From positions 4,774,723 through 4,838,722 of the forward strand of contig OZ250179.1 in the NCBI GenBank assembly GCA_965238125.1: a stretch of 64,000 nt of DNA, written 5' to 3'. Shown here one piece after another: positions 10,034 through 19,670 of the stretch. The translations under genes and the position numbers were made by a program. The DNA is from Bryobacterales bacterium. GTDB taxonomy: Bacteria; Acidobacteriota; Terriglobia; Bryobacterales; UBA6623. Below the pieces are notes generated by a model. That model searched no databases, was not told the DNA's origin, and saw nothing but the letters and a program-made list of their open reading frames with translations. Each line of letters starts with the position of its first letter. The first letter of the stretch is position 1.

Positions 10034-10144
10034 GAATCAAGACTGACGTGGCGCACGGCTCCAGTTGGGCCCCCGGCCCACGTATTGCGAACGGCCGAGA
10101 AACTGCGATCTTCTCCGCAAGCGGCAAGCGGGGCGTGGGTTAGA

Positions 10145-10329
10145 CTAGCCCGCATTTCTCACCGCCTGACGAGCAAAGCACACGATAGGCCCGCCATTAC
10201 TTCGTTGCGCTTGCTCGCCGTGCTCACCGTACTGTTGAAGTACGCCTCCGCGCGCCAAGCGGCGCGCGCCTCGTACTGACGGACCTTTCATGCACTTTGC
10301 CTCGCCACGCGGTGAGAAAAGCGGGCTAG
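10145..10329. mobile_element. MITE-like element, copy 2
   Basis: Same TIRs and body as 3362-3559; 13 nt shorter internally; lies between murQ and murA. Confidence 0.75.
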
Positions 10330-10354
10330 CGGCCGCCGCCGATGCGCCGCCTCG

Positions 10355-11260
10355 TTACGGCCGCTCCTCACCAATGACCCGCCAAAGATTGTCGCCCGCT
10401 TTCCCCAATGCCGTCTCGGCTTCGTCGGCACTCCATCCACGTTTTGCCATGACCACCGCGACCCGGGCTCGTGCGCCCGACGCCTCGAGCACTTGCCGGG
10501 CCCGTTCGCGCGTGCAGCCGGAAATATCCGCGACAATCCGCTCGGCCCGTTCACGCAGCTTTTCGCTGTTGAGTTGGACGTTGACCATGCGGTTGCCGAG
10601 TACATAACCCATGCGCACCATCACGCCGGACGAAATCATATTGAGCACGAGTTTTTGGGCCGTCCCGGCCTTCATGCGAGTCGAGCCGGTAATCACTTCG
10701 GGGCCCACGACAGGGGTGATCGCGACGTCCGCCAAAGCGGCGAGTTCGCTGCCGGAGTTGCAGCTGACGGCGGCGCTGAACCCGCCGAGCGACTTCGCGA
10801 AACGCACCGCCCCCAACGCATAGGGCGTGCGACCGCTCGCCGAGACGGCGACCAGCGCGTCGCCGGATGAGAATCCTCGCGCCGCCAGATCAACCTCCGC
10901 CGCGGCCTCGTCGTCTTCGGCGCCTTCCCGGGAAGCCCATACGGCCTCGGGCCCGCCGGCCAATACCGCTTGGACGCGGTCCGGTCCGACGCCGAAAGTA
11001 GGCGGGCATTCAGCGGCGTCGAGAACACCCAAACGTCCGCTCGTTCCTGCGCCGGCATAGAAAAGACGCCCGCCCTCGCCGAAGCGCTCGACGACTGTAT
11101 CAATGGTGCGCGCGATATGTGGAATTTCTTTCTCAACGGCGTCGGCGACCCGGCGGTCTTCGCGGTTGATGATCGCCAGCAGCTCGGCGGTGGATACGCT
11201 GTCGATTCTTTCCGAGGAGGGGTTGGGCTGTTCCGTCAGCAGGGAATCAAGCGGCGGCAC
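10355..11260 (-). CDS. murQ: N-acetylmuramic acid 6-phosphate etherase
   Basis: GAGTSGRLGVLDAAECPPTFG, GPEVITGSTRMKAGTAQK; GTG 11260 preferred over TTG 11275. Confidence 0.96.
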   Translation of the reverse strand: MPPLDSLLTEQPNPSSERIDSVSTAELLAIINREDRRVADAVEKEIPHIARTIDTVVERFGEGGRLFYAGAGTSGRLGVLDAAECPPTFGVGPDRVQAVLAGGPEAVWASREGAEDDEAAAEVDLAARGFSSGDALVAVSASGRTPYALGAVRFAKSLGGFSAAVSCNSGSELAALADVAITPVVGPEVITGSTRMKAGTAQKLVLNMISSGVMVRMGYVLGNRMVNVQLNSEKLRERAERIVADISGCTRERARQVLEASGARARVAVVMAKRGWSADEAETALGKAGDNLWRVIGEERP

Positions 11261-11302
11261 ACCGAAGTATAACAAGCGGCCAAAATCAATCAGCCGGCCC
11301 GG

Positions 11303-11325
11303 GGGTGTGCGACATAAATATGGGA
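11303..11325 (-). promoter_or_regulatory. Conserved upstream motif TCCCA(T/C)ATTT(A/T)TGTCGC(A/G)CACCC, copy before murQ
   Basis: Near-identical copies at 22621-22643 (-) and 22874-22896 (+); partial copy at 31400-31415 (-). Confidence 0.55.
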
Positions 11326-11410
11326 CGTCCCTTTCACAACGCGACGGATAGAAACAGAGGTGTAGTCGGAAGTCAACGCTTAGCCCGGTTTAATTCCGCC
11401 CGGCTACCGC

Positions 11411-12121
11411 GTGCAATTCGGCGGGCCGGTGGAGGACGATCGGGCGCTGCTGCCCGACGGCCGCATTCCTCCCCGGCGGTTGGCGAAAAACGGCAGCTTG
11501 GCAAGCCCGCACATCTTTGAAATCGAGAAAAACCGAGTCGAGAAAATACGGCGGATACTCCTGCCAATCGACGCGGGATACCGTCGATGTCGGGGTAGTT
11601 GCGGATCAAGTCCCGCGGCAAGGCGTGCTCGTAGTCTAAGCGCCCACGCCCAAAGCGCGGCCGGCCGACTGGGCTTTGACTTCGGGCGGATGCGGCGCGA
11701 TGTCGGGGCGCTCTACGCCAAACTCCACGGGGCCTCGGCGACGACGATTTACGTCCGTGGGTAGATCATAGGCGCCAACCCCGGGCTTTCGAGTCGGCTG
11801 CTCACGCGCGCCTTGGTCGAGTTGCTCGATATCGCCGATGACGGCGGGTTGCCGAACTTGGAGGACTACCGCTACCCAGCGCCCGACGTGCCGCATCGGG
11901 TCGGTGCGCGCGCGCAAGCGAGGAAGATCGAGCAAGCGCAACGAGCCGCCGGCGATACGCCGGTGTACGTTCCGGCACACGGCTACGGGCCTCTCGACGA
12001 CTTTCGAAAGAGAATCGAGGTCGCCCACCGCGCCGCCCGCCACGGGATATGGGTGAATCGGTATGCGTATCTGACGGACGAGAAGCTGGAAAGCATCGGC
12101 GAGATCGCGGAAGGGCGATAG
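11411..12121 (+). pseudogene. Probable C-terminal remnant of an uncharacterised protein with an in-frame TAG at 11762-11764
   Basis: ORFs 11411-11764 and 11813-12121 share a frame and read YVRG*IIGANPGLSSRLLTRALVELLDIADD; 5' boundary uncertain. Confidence 0.55.
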
Positions 12122-12746
12122 GAAATACGGCAGCCGGAGCCGTCATCTGATTCCGATCTAGCGAGGCTATAGCTCGCGCAAAGAAAAGTGGAAGGCAAAA
12201 TGGCCTTCCTTTGGCTTTGTCGGGTGCCTCACCGTCATCGCCAGGTTTGGGCGGTTGAAGCTGATGCTGCCCTTTCCGCTCGCGGGATGATTGCTGACTC
12301 GTTTCCCGGAGACCTCGAGGCGTATGCTTCCATCCTCCGACAACCGCACCAAGGCACTGGCGCCGTCAGCCCGGGTCAGCAAACGAGGTGCCTCCCGATC
12401 GCCGTAGTACTGCCGGGGAAGTGTGAACAGGCGTCTACCCTCTGAGCTGACCTCAAAGGTCCACCGAGTTGTTCCGCCCGATCCGTCCTCGAATACTTCG
12501 ATCTTGTCCAGGCTCAGCACCGCCCTTCTCGTCGGCACCGTGGGATCGACGGTGACCGAGCAGGACGCATGCGCAACTCCTCCCGGTCCGGCCGCCTTGA
12601 GTTTGTAGACTTGGCTCTCGGACGGGCTCACGGTTACCGACCCTTGGGCGCCGAACAGGCGGGAGGGCCCCGGCGAGATTGCGACGGACGTACCATGTGC
12701 GACGTCCCATTTCAAAGTCGTGCGCTGTCCCTCTTGAATTCTATTA

Positions 12747-13839
12747 CTGAGTCTCGCATAATATACTGTCAATCGAGACAAAGAGAAGACTGTTTCCAGA
12801 AAGCGGTAATCAAGCGCGGTTTGCGGCGCATTCGCCGCAGCGCTTTGCGGGCGCGCTCGTCGAGTTCCCAGTAGTCCTTCGGGCAGACGTTGGGCAACTC
12901 GTGCTGCTTCCAGTACGCCCAAATGTATTCCACCGGGTTCAACTCCGGCGCATAGGGCGGCAAGTACTCCGTTGCGATGTGATCCTCGGAGAGCTGGATG
13001 AACTCCCGCACCAGGCGGCTGCGGTGCGCCGGCAGCCGGTCCCAGACGATCAGCAGTGGGCCGTCGATGTGGCGCACCAAAGCCTTCAGGAAGTCGATGA
13101 CCTCCAGCTCGCCGATCGCGCCGGGATAGAGCCGGAAGTAAAAGTTGCGCAACGTCAGCCCGGCCGACACCGACAGCTTGTCCCAGTTGAAGTTGAACTC
13201 CAACACCGGTGTCTCGCCGCGCGGCGCCCAGGTGCGGCAACGATGCGGCTTCTGACTCAATCCGCTTTCGTCGATGAAGACGATCGTACGTTCTTCTTTG
13301 CGGGCTTTTTTTTAATGGCCGGCCAAGTCTTGCGCTGCCAGCCGCGGATGGCCTCTTCGTTGCGCTCCCGCGCTTTGCCGACGGGCCGTTGCGGGCTCCA
13401 ACCGAGCGCCCGCAGGATCTTCCAGACATGGCCCTCGTGATAGCGCACGCCGAACTCGTCTCCGATCAGACGAGCGACCCGCGGACAGCTCCACAGCGGC
13501 GTCGGGAAGCCGTGCGCCTCGGGGCCTTCCAGCAGCAACGCCTCGAGGCGTTCGAGCTGCGCGGCGTCCAACAGCGGCTTACGGCCGGCGCGGCCGGCCT
13601 GGCGCAACCCGGCTTCGCCGTCACGCCGGTATCGTCGCAGCCACTCGCTGACGCTTTGCCGCGCGACCTTCAATCGCCTCGCTGTCTCGGACTGACTACA
13701 GCCTTGCTCGACCAACCGGATCGCTTTGAAACGGCGCTTCTCCAGGGCCTCGAAATCCCGCCGTACGCCTTTTGTATTTCCCATACATACAAAGACGTAC
13801 GTACCCCAAAAAGGTGTCACTTGATTTTGCGAGACTCCA
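12747..13839 (-). mobile_element. IS630-family element, copy 1 (1093 bp)
   Basis: Ends CTGAGTCTCGCATAATA / TTTTGCGAGACTC(C/A)A; TA duplicated at 12745-46 and 13840-41. Confidence 0.96.
12769..13820 (-). CDS. IS630 transposase; HTH ORF and DDE ORF joined by predicted -1 frameshift
   Basis: A8 slippery run; fusion reads IKKKARKEERTIVFIDESG...LIVWD...YAPELNPVE. Confidence 0.92.
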
Positions 13840-15067
13840 TAGGTCCGGCCTCGAAACTAATCACACTGGGCGCCGGTTCCGGCGGGGGCGGCGGCGCGGT
13901 TGATTGCTCAATGTTGACAGTCGTCGAGGCTTTTCGTGTGCCCCCGGGGCCTTTCGCTTCCAGTACATAAGTAGTAGTGCGCCTCGGGGAGACAGATGCC
14001 GAGCCCTTCGTAGCCCGATCACCCACCCTGGGCGAGATCTGAACGCCGTCGGCATGAAGTACGTCCCAATGCAAGTTTGCCGAGCGACCCTCCGCGATCG
14101 AAGTAGGGTCAGCGTCAAAACGAACGATAGCGAGGGGCTTCTCGACAGGGTCGGCCGGCGGCGACGCGTCAGGGTTAGGCGGCGGCACTTCAGGTCCACG
14201 GGGGTTGGTTACGTTCAGAACCGCGGATGCTTCTGTTGAGGCGCCCCTGCGGCGCGCAACAAGGGTGTAGACCGTTGTAGTATCCGGGTTGACGGGGAAG
14301 CTGCCCGACAAACTAACGCCCTCAACCCCGGCAATGCCCGTGATCGTTGCGCGATCGGCGTTTTCGATTTGCCAATTGAGCTCGGAGGACTCGCCACGTA
14401 CGATTTCGGCCGGCTTGGCGATGAAGCTCTTGATCATCGGTGGCTTAACCGGCGAAAGCCAGTAGTTGTTGATGAGCCCAAAGATACCGGCAATAATCCC
14501 ACCGGCGATGGCCACTTGAACCGGCACCGCAATTTTTTCTCGCATGTCTGATTCCTCGCCGACAGTTATCTTCTTCTTGCCGTTGCTGTCCGACCGGTCG
14601 TCGCAATAGGTGGGCGGTATACCGAGTGAATCACCCGGCCATTATTTCCTATTCGGGTTTCAAAAACAACAATTCGGGAATTCGCCGACCCGAAGATTCT
14701 TAGCTGGGCGGGCAGTCTCGCCCTATGTGCGAGCGAGAGGCTCCCTCCCCATCCCACCACCATGCGGTGTGCGAAAACACCCGGAACAAAGGTGCCGGCC
14801 GGCGACGAGCGTCGCCTTGAGACGGGCAAAATAGATACGGTCTCGGTATCGATAGGGAAGATCTTGGCCGGCGTCTCTGGGGAGAGCCGGGCAGAGGGGA
14901 AGCAGCACCCGAATAACTGATCGCAAGAACTCGCGCACGATCCTGTTCATACAGACATCGCTCCGCGGTCCACCGCGATGGCGAAGTCGACATCAACCAA
15001 CGTTATCGCGATTGCGTCAAAATCAAGAAAAGGGATTGCTCTCACGAATGCCCCAAACCGTCTCCCG

Positions 15068-15484
15068 ATGAAATGGCTGCGAAAAATCTTCGCGAAATCC
15101 CCGGCCGAGGCGCCGTTGCGCGGCCAGCCTCCGGTACGGCGCGAAAAATCGTATACCGCCGAGACCGGGTACGTTTATCAGTACTTCTATGAAGGGTTTC
15201 GCGACGCCGGCCTCGACGGCGAAGACGGGCAGGAGTACCTTTTCACCGTCAGCTCCGATCGCGTTTCGCGCTTTCCGATCCGGGTCTTTCTGAGCACCCG
15301 GATCACGGCGGACTGGCAGGTGGATCGAGAACGCGAACTGAACGCCACTGAGCAATACGCCGTCGTAAAAATGGCCCTGTTCGCGATCTTCGACCAGCAG
15401 CCGAATCTCGGCCAAGGTCTCCCCCCGGTTGCCGTCAGCTACGACGAGGTGGAAGAACACGCGGCGACTTTGGAGTTTGTGTAG
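15068..15484 (+). CDS. Hypothetical protein
   Basis: ATG 15068 within ORF 14978-15484; RREKSYTAETGYVYQYFYEG; protein-like composition. Confidence 0.7.
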   Translation: MKWLRKIFAKSPAEAPLRGQPPVRREKSYTAETGYVYQYFYEGFRDAGLDGEDGQEYLFTVSSDRVSRFPIRVFLSTRITADWQVDRERELNATEQYAVVKMALFAIFDQQPNLGQGLPPVAVSYDEVEEHAATLEFV

Positions 15485-15599
15485 GGCGGTGTCCCCTGGG
15501 CTCGTCGGTTGCGACGGGCACTCGTGCCGGTCCGAGCCAACAATCGTGATCGGCTCTCAGCCGGTCACCCGGTTTTTCGACAGGAGTCTTTCGTTCCCG

Positions 15600-16535
15600 T
15601 CACCGCACCAGCGGGGTCACGACGATCTTGTAGAACTCGATCGGGCCGTGGTCGCCTTGCAAAGCCAGCGGGCCGGGGTCGGCTTCGCGCGCATCCGTCG
15701 CCATCGCCGTAAGCCCGTCGATCGTCTGCTTGTCGATGATGGTCTTGCCGTTCAACCTCACGGTCACATCGCGACCGATCAACGTAATGTCGTAGGCCTG
15801 GCGAGACTCGGGCGGCAGACTCGCATTCACCGAAGGCTTGATCGTGCTGTACACGGCGCCGTTGCCGTGGATGCTCGCCGAGCGGCCAAAATCGTCGAGG
15901 ATCTGCACCTCATACCTCGAGCGCAAGCCGATCCCGCTGTTGCTTCCCGGTGCCACTCGAAATTCGATGCGCAGCCGGAAGTTCAAGAATTTCTCGTTCG
16001 AAATCAAGTTCGGGGCCTTGCCCTGGTTGTGCAAAACGCCGTCTTCAACGATCCATTTCCCGCTCTTCCCTTCCGTGGTACGCCATTCCAGCAAATCTTT
16101 CCCGTCGAACAAAACAACCGGCGCGGCCGGCTTCCAGCTCCCGTCGTCGCGGTCGTCAACCAGATCGGGACGTCGTCCGGACCATTGAACCTCGGGGCCG
16201 CCCTCGCGGCTCGTCGTGCCCTCGATTCCGTCGCCCGCCAAGCGCACCGTATTCGTTGCCTTGCCCCAGGATTGACTTTGCTCAAAGTAGCGCTCCACCC
16301 GAAAGCGCAGGACGCCGTCCACGATCTCGGCGTCGAGCAAGGGCTGGGAGCGACCGCCAACACCGCCGACGAACCGGCCTTTGACTTCGCCGGCGTCCGC
16401 GCCCCTAACCTCGAGCCACATCGCTCCCCGATGCGGAGGCTTCGCCTCGCCAGCCCATTTGCCGTTGAAGCGGGCGTCGCCGGCGAACGCCGCCGCCGCG
16501 AAGGCAAGCGCGAATACCCATCGACATGCTTTCAT
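15600..16535 (-). CDS. DUF1080 (3-keto-disaccharide hydrolase-like) secreted protein
   Basis: Signal peptide; LFDGKDLLEW, NSGIGLR, YEVQILD, LALQGDH. Confidence 0.9.
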   Translation of the reverse strand: MKACRWVFALAFAAAAFAGDARFNGKWAGEAKPPHRGAMWLEVRGADAGEVKGRFVGGVGGRSQPLLDAEIVDGVLRFRVERYFEQSQSWGKATNTVRLAGDGIEGTTSREGGPEVQWSGRRPDLVDDRDDGSWKPAAPVVLFDGKDLLEWRTTEGKSGKWIVEDGVLHNQGKAPNLISNEKFLNFRLRIEFRVAPGSNSGIGLRSRYEVQILDDFGRSASIHGNGAVYSTIKPSVNASLPPESRQAYDITLIGRDVTVRLNGKTIIDKQTIDGLTAMATDAREADPGPLALQGDHGPIEFYKIVVTPLVR

Positions 16536-16595
16536 GATTTACCCCCGCCTGCTCCGTCTAACTGAAGCTTAGTATGGGGGGAGGGTGCGGGCCGG

Positions 16596-16654
16596 GACAA
16601 GCTGAGAGCTTGTCATGACTGAAGACTGGGACAAACAAGAGTGTTTGTCGCTAC
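16596..16654. repeat. Two-hairpin REP/BIME-like module, copy 1
   Basis: GACAAGCTGAGAGCTTGTC plus GACAAACAAGAGTGTTTGTCGCTAC; related at 40872-40930 and 50033-50091. Confidence 0.7.
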
Positions 16655-16675
16655 CGTGCCCAAGGCCCTTGGGGG

Positions 16676-19429
16676 TCATTCTCTGTCGCGGAATTCCTCG
16701 AACCAGTTGAGCACGACGCGAATCCGCGGAGGCTCGCTACCTTGGGCGGCATCGGGAATCACGAAGCGTTGGCCGTCGGACGAAACGTCATACACGTGCG
16801 AATCCGAGTTCTGGAAGTAATCGGAACGGAACAGCCGCTCCGACGCCTCCACCGAGAAACCCCTTTCCGTTGTCACCTTCGCGGCCACTAACGTGTCGGC
16901 TTCCACGTAGAAGATCTCGCCGCCGTCGCGGCTCCAGCGCGGTTGTCTGGCGCCGCGTGTTGAGACCTGCCACTTTCCCGTGCCCGCGGGAAATCGTCGG
17001 ACATACAGTTCCCGTTCCCCCGACTCGTCGGATAGATAGGCCACGAACCGACCGTCGGGAGAAAACTGTCCGTCGGTCTCGTCAAGGGGCGTCTCCATAA
17101 ACGGCTTTGGTTCCCATTGACCGCCCGGTCCACGCTCGAGGTACCACAGGTCGCCCGATGCCGCGCCTTTCTCTCGCCGGATGAAGAGCAAGTATTTGCC
17201 GTCGGCCGAGATGTCGCTCACGCCCTCGCTCGCTTCGGTTGCCAGAATCGCTTCCGGCTCGGCGTCCCCGTGCACCGCCGTGCGAAAAATATCCAGGTTG
17301 CCCGCCGTCTGGGCGTTAAGGGCAATCTCGTCCCCAGATGGGAACCACACCGGGCGCATATCGACGCTGGTCCCTCCGGTCACGCGCGTCGCAATGGACC
17401 GGGCCGTTTCATGGATCCAAATGTCGGAGATGCCTCGCTCGGCTGCGCGGATGGCAACAAAGCGATTGTCGGGAGAAAGCGCGGCATGTCCCATCCGCAC
17501 TTGCGGACGGCCTATCGCTACCGGCTCTTCGCCCGCACGTCCGCGCCACACCAGCCGATCGGTTCCGCCAAGCGGTGAAATGAGGTACGCAAGCGACCCC
17601 TGCGCGGTCACGGTGGGATAAGTGCCGTTTTCCGCGATGGGAAACGGCGCGCCGGTAACCTCCAAACTGCTCAGAGAAAACGGCAGCGCCCAAACCGCGG
17701 GCTCTCGGCCCGCAGTCTGATAGATGATATGCCCGCTCGACGAATACGTCGGTCTGGTCCCTTCCCCAATGACTTCTTCTTCGCCTGAGTCCGCGTTCAG
17801 CAGAACGATTTCCGATTTCCCTTCACGCGAGGAGCTCTGCAAGATCAGGAACCGCCCGTCTGATTCCGTCGGCAGAAAATAGGGGTGCGCCAGCGATCGC
17901 CGTGCTTCAGGGTCACCCGCTTCGAAAAGCGCCGTCGCATTACCCCCACGCGCGGATACCTCGTACACGACCGATGAACCGCTGCTTTCCGCTACAAACG
18001 CTATTGTTCCTCCGTCAGGGTGCCAAGCGCCACCCATGGAATCCTCCCGAGGTTTTTGGCACAGCGTCGTGGCGGCACCGCCGTCGACGGCGATCCGCTT
18101 CACCTCCCAACGCGTTTGGAAAGCCAGCGAAGCGCTGTCCGGCGCCCAGAACAGCGTATCGGCCCCGTCGGTTCCCGGCAGCTCGCGCGGGTCCTCGCTG
18201 TCGAGCGATTACAACCAAATCGAGCTCTGCGGTGCGCGGCCCCGGATGTAGGCCACTTTGCGGCCGTCGGGCGAGATCGCCGGATGACCGGCGTCGATTC
18301 CGGGCATCAAGGAAAATTTCAACGAAAAGGGTTCGGGCGGCACGGGAGCGCGGACCCACAAGCCGACGGCGATCAGAGCGAGCAACGTCGTCACCAGCAA
18401 CGCCGCCTGGTAACCGCGCACACGGTCCCATTTTTTGGGCGTACGTCCGTCGGCGGTGGAGGGCATCGAAACCGGTTCGCCCCAGCCGCTCGACACTTGG
18501 GCCACTGCAGGCCCGCTAGGCGCAATTTGGGTCGGTGGCGCGCTGATCCCGGTGCTCGCGAATTGCGTTCCCGACGCGGCTGCACCACGGCTTGAGGCGA
18601 CGGTTCCGCCGGCCTCGACCTGTTCGCGCAAGCGCCGCAGATCGACCACCAGATCGGCCGCGCCTTGGTATCGGTCCTCGGGCTTCTTCGCCAGAGCCTT
18701 TGACAGCACGTAGTCGAACTCAATGGGAACGCCGGCCCGGCGCGCGGTGACCGGCTCGTGCGGCGTATTGATGATGTCGTAGACAACGACGTGCTCGTGC
18801 TTTGCGCCGAAGGGCAGCAAACCGGTCACCATCTCATAGAGCACCACGCCCAGCGCCCAGACATCGGCGCGGCGGTCGGCCGAGAGTCCCTGGGCTTGCT
18901 CGGGCGCCATGTAGCAGGGCGTCCCCAGCATGGTGCCCGTGCGGGTTAAGCGGCTTTGACCCGCCAGATGCGCGACGCCGAAATCAGTGATCTTCGGCTC
19001 GCCCTTGCTGGTCAGCAGGATGTTGGCGCATTTGATGTCACGATGAACGACCTGATTGTCATGCGCCTCTTGCAGACCCCGACCGACGTTGATCGCGATT
19101 CCCAACGCCTGCGAGAGATCCATCGGACCCCGCAGAATTTGGTGCTTCAGGCTCTGCCCGTCGACGTAGGCCATCGAGATGAAAGTTTCACCGTCGACTT
19201 CGTCGATCTCGTAGACCGTGCAGATATTGGGATGGTCGAGCGCGGCGGCGGCTTGCGCCTCACGCAAGAAGCGCTCTTTCTCTTCCTCGTCGGCCAGAGC
19301 CTGCTTGACCAGAAACTTCAGAGCCACCGGGCGCTTGAGGCGGGTGTCCTCGGCCTTATAGACCACACCCATGCCACCCTCGCCCAACTTCTCGAGGATC
19401 TTGTAATGCGAGATGGTGCGGCCGATCAT
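16676..19429 (-). pseudogene. Ser/Thr protein kinase + TM + PD40/TolB-like beta-propeller, disrupted
   Basis: ATG 19429; GEGGMGVVYKAED, HRDIKCANIL, DFG, APE; in-frame TAA at 18209-18211, then a frameshift in a T-run near 18120 into ORF 16676-18103. Confidence 0.85.
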
Positions 19430-19670
19430 AAGATCCGTGCGCGAAGACACATCATGCGAACGGGGAACCCCCTCGGTCGGCTTTCTATCCGATGCGATTA
19501 TACAAAGTCGCTTCCGAGCAGGGCTCGCCACGCCGAACGTGGGCGGGCGAGGCAATGCGGCCAACTATGCGCAGCGACCATTCTACCGCGCGGAGCCGCC
19601 TCTCCGCTCAAAATAAAACAACGCGCGCGGCGCGCGACCGCCGGCCAAGAATGCGGGAAACCGGGCGTCG

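Larger units (their letters stand above)
12167..14545 (-). pseudogene. Membrane-anchored protein with three Ig-like repeats, split by IS630 copy 1
   Basis: Removing the IS and one TA restores 427 aa (...SFEAGP-NRIQEG...); three SFxAxPxxIxxGxxxxLxW repeats with Pro-rich linkers. Confidence 0.85.

Noticed and set aside
11762-11764. Pyrrolysine or amber recoding at the in-frame TAG
   Set aside because: No pyl genes in view, other genes end normally at TAG, and TAA lesions also occur; a nonsense mutation is simpler.
13808-13841. Diversity-generating retroelement behind the A/G variation in IS630 ends
   Set aside because: No reverse transcriptase and no template/variable repeat pair; too few sites.
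14600-14996. ORFs 14700-14996 and 14723-14950 as real genes
   Set aside because: No recognisable motif or RBS; composition is not clearly protein-like.
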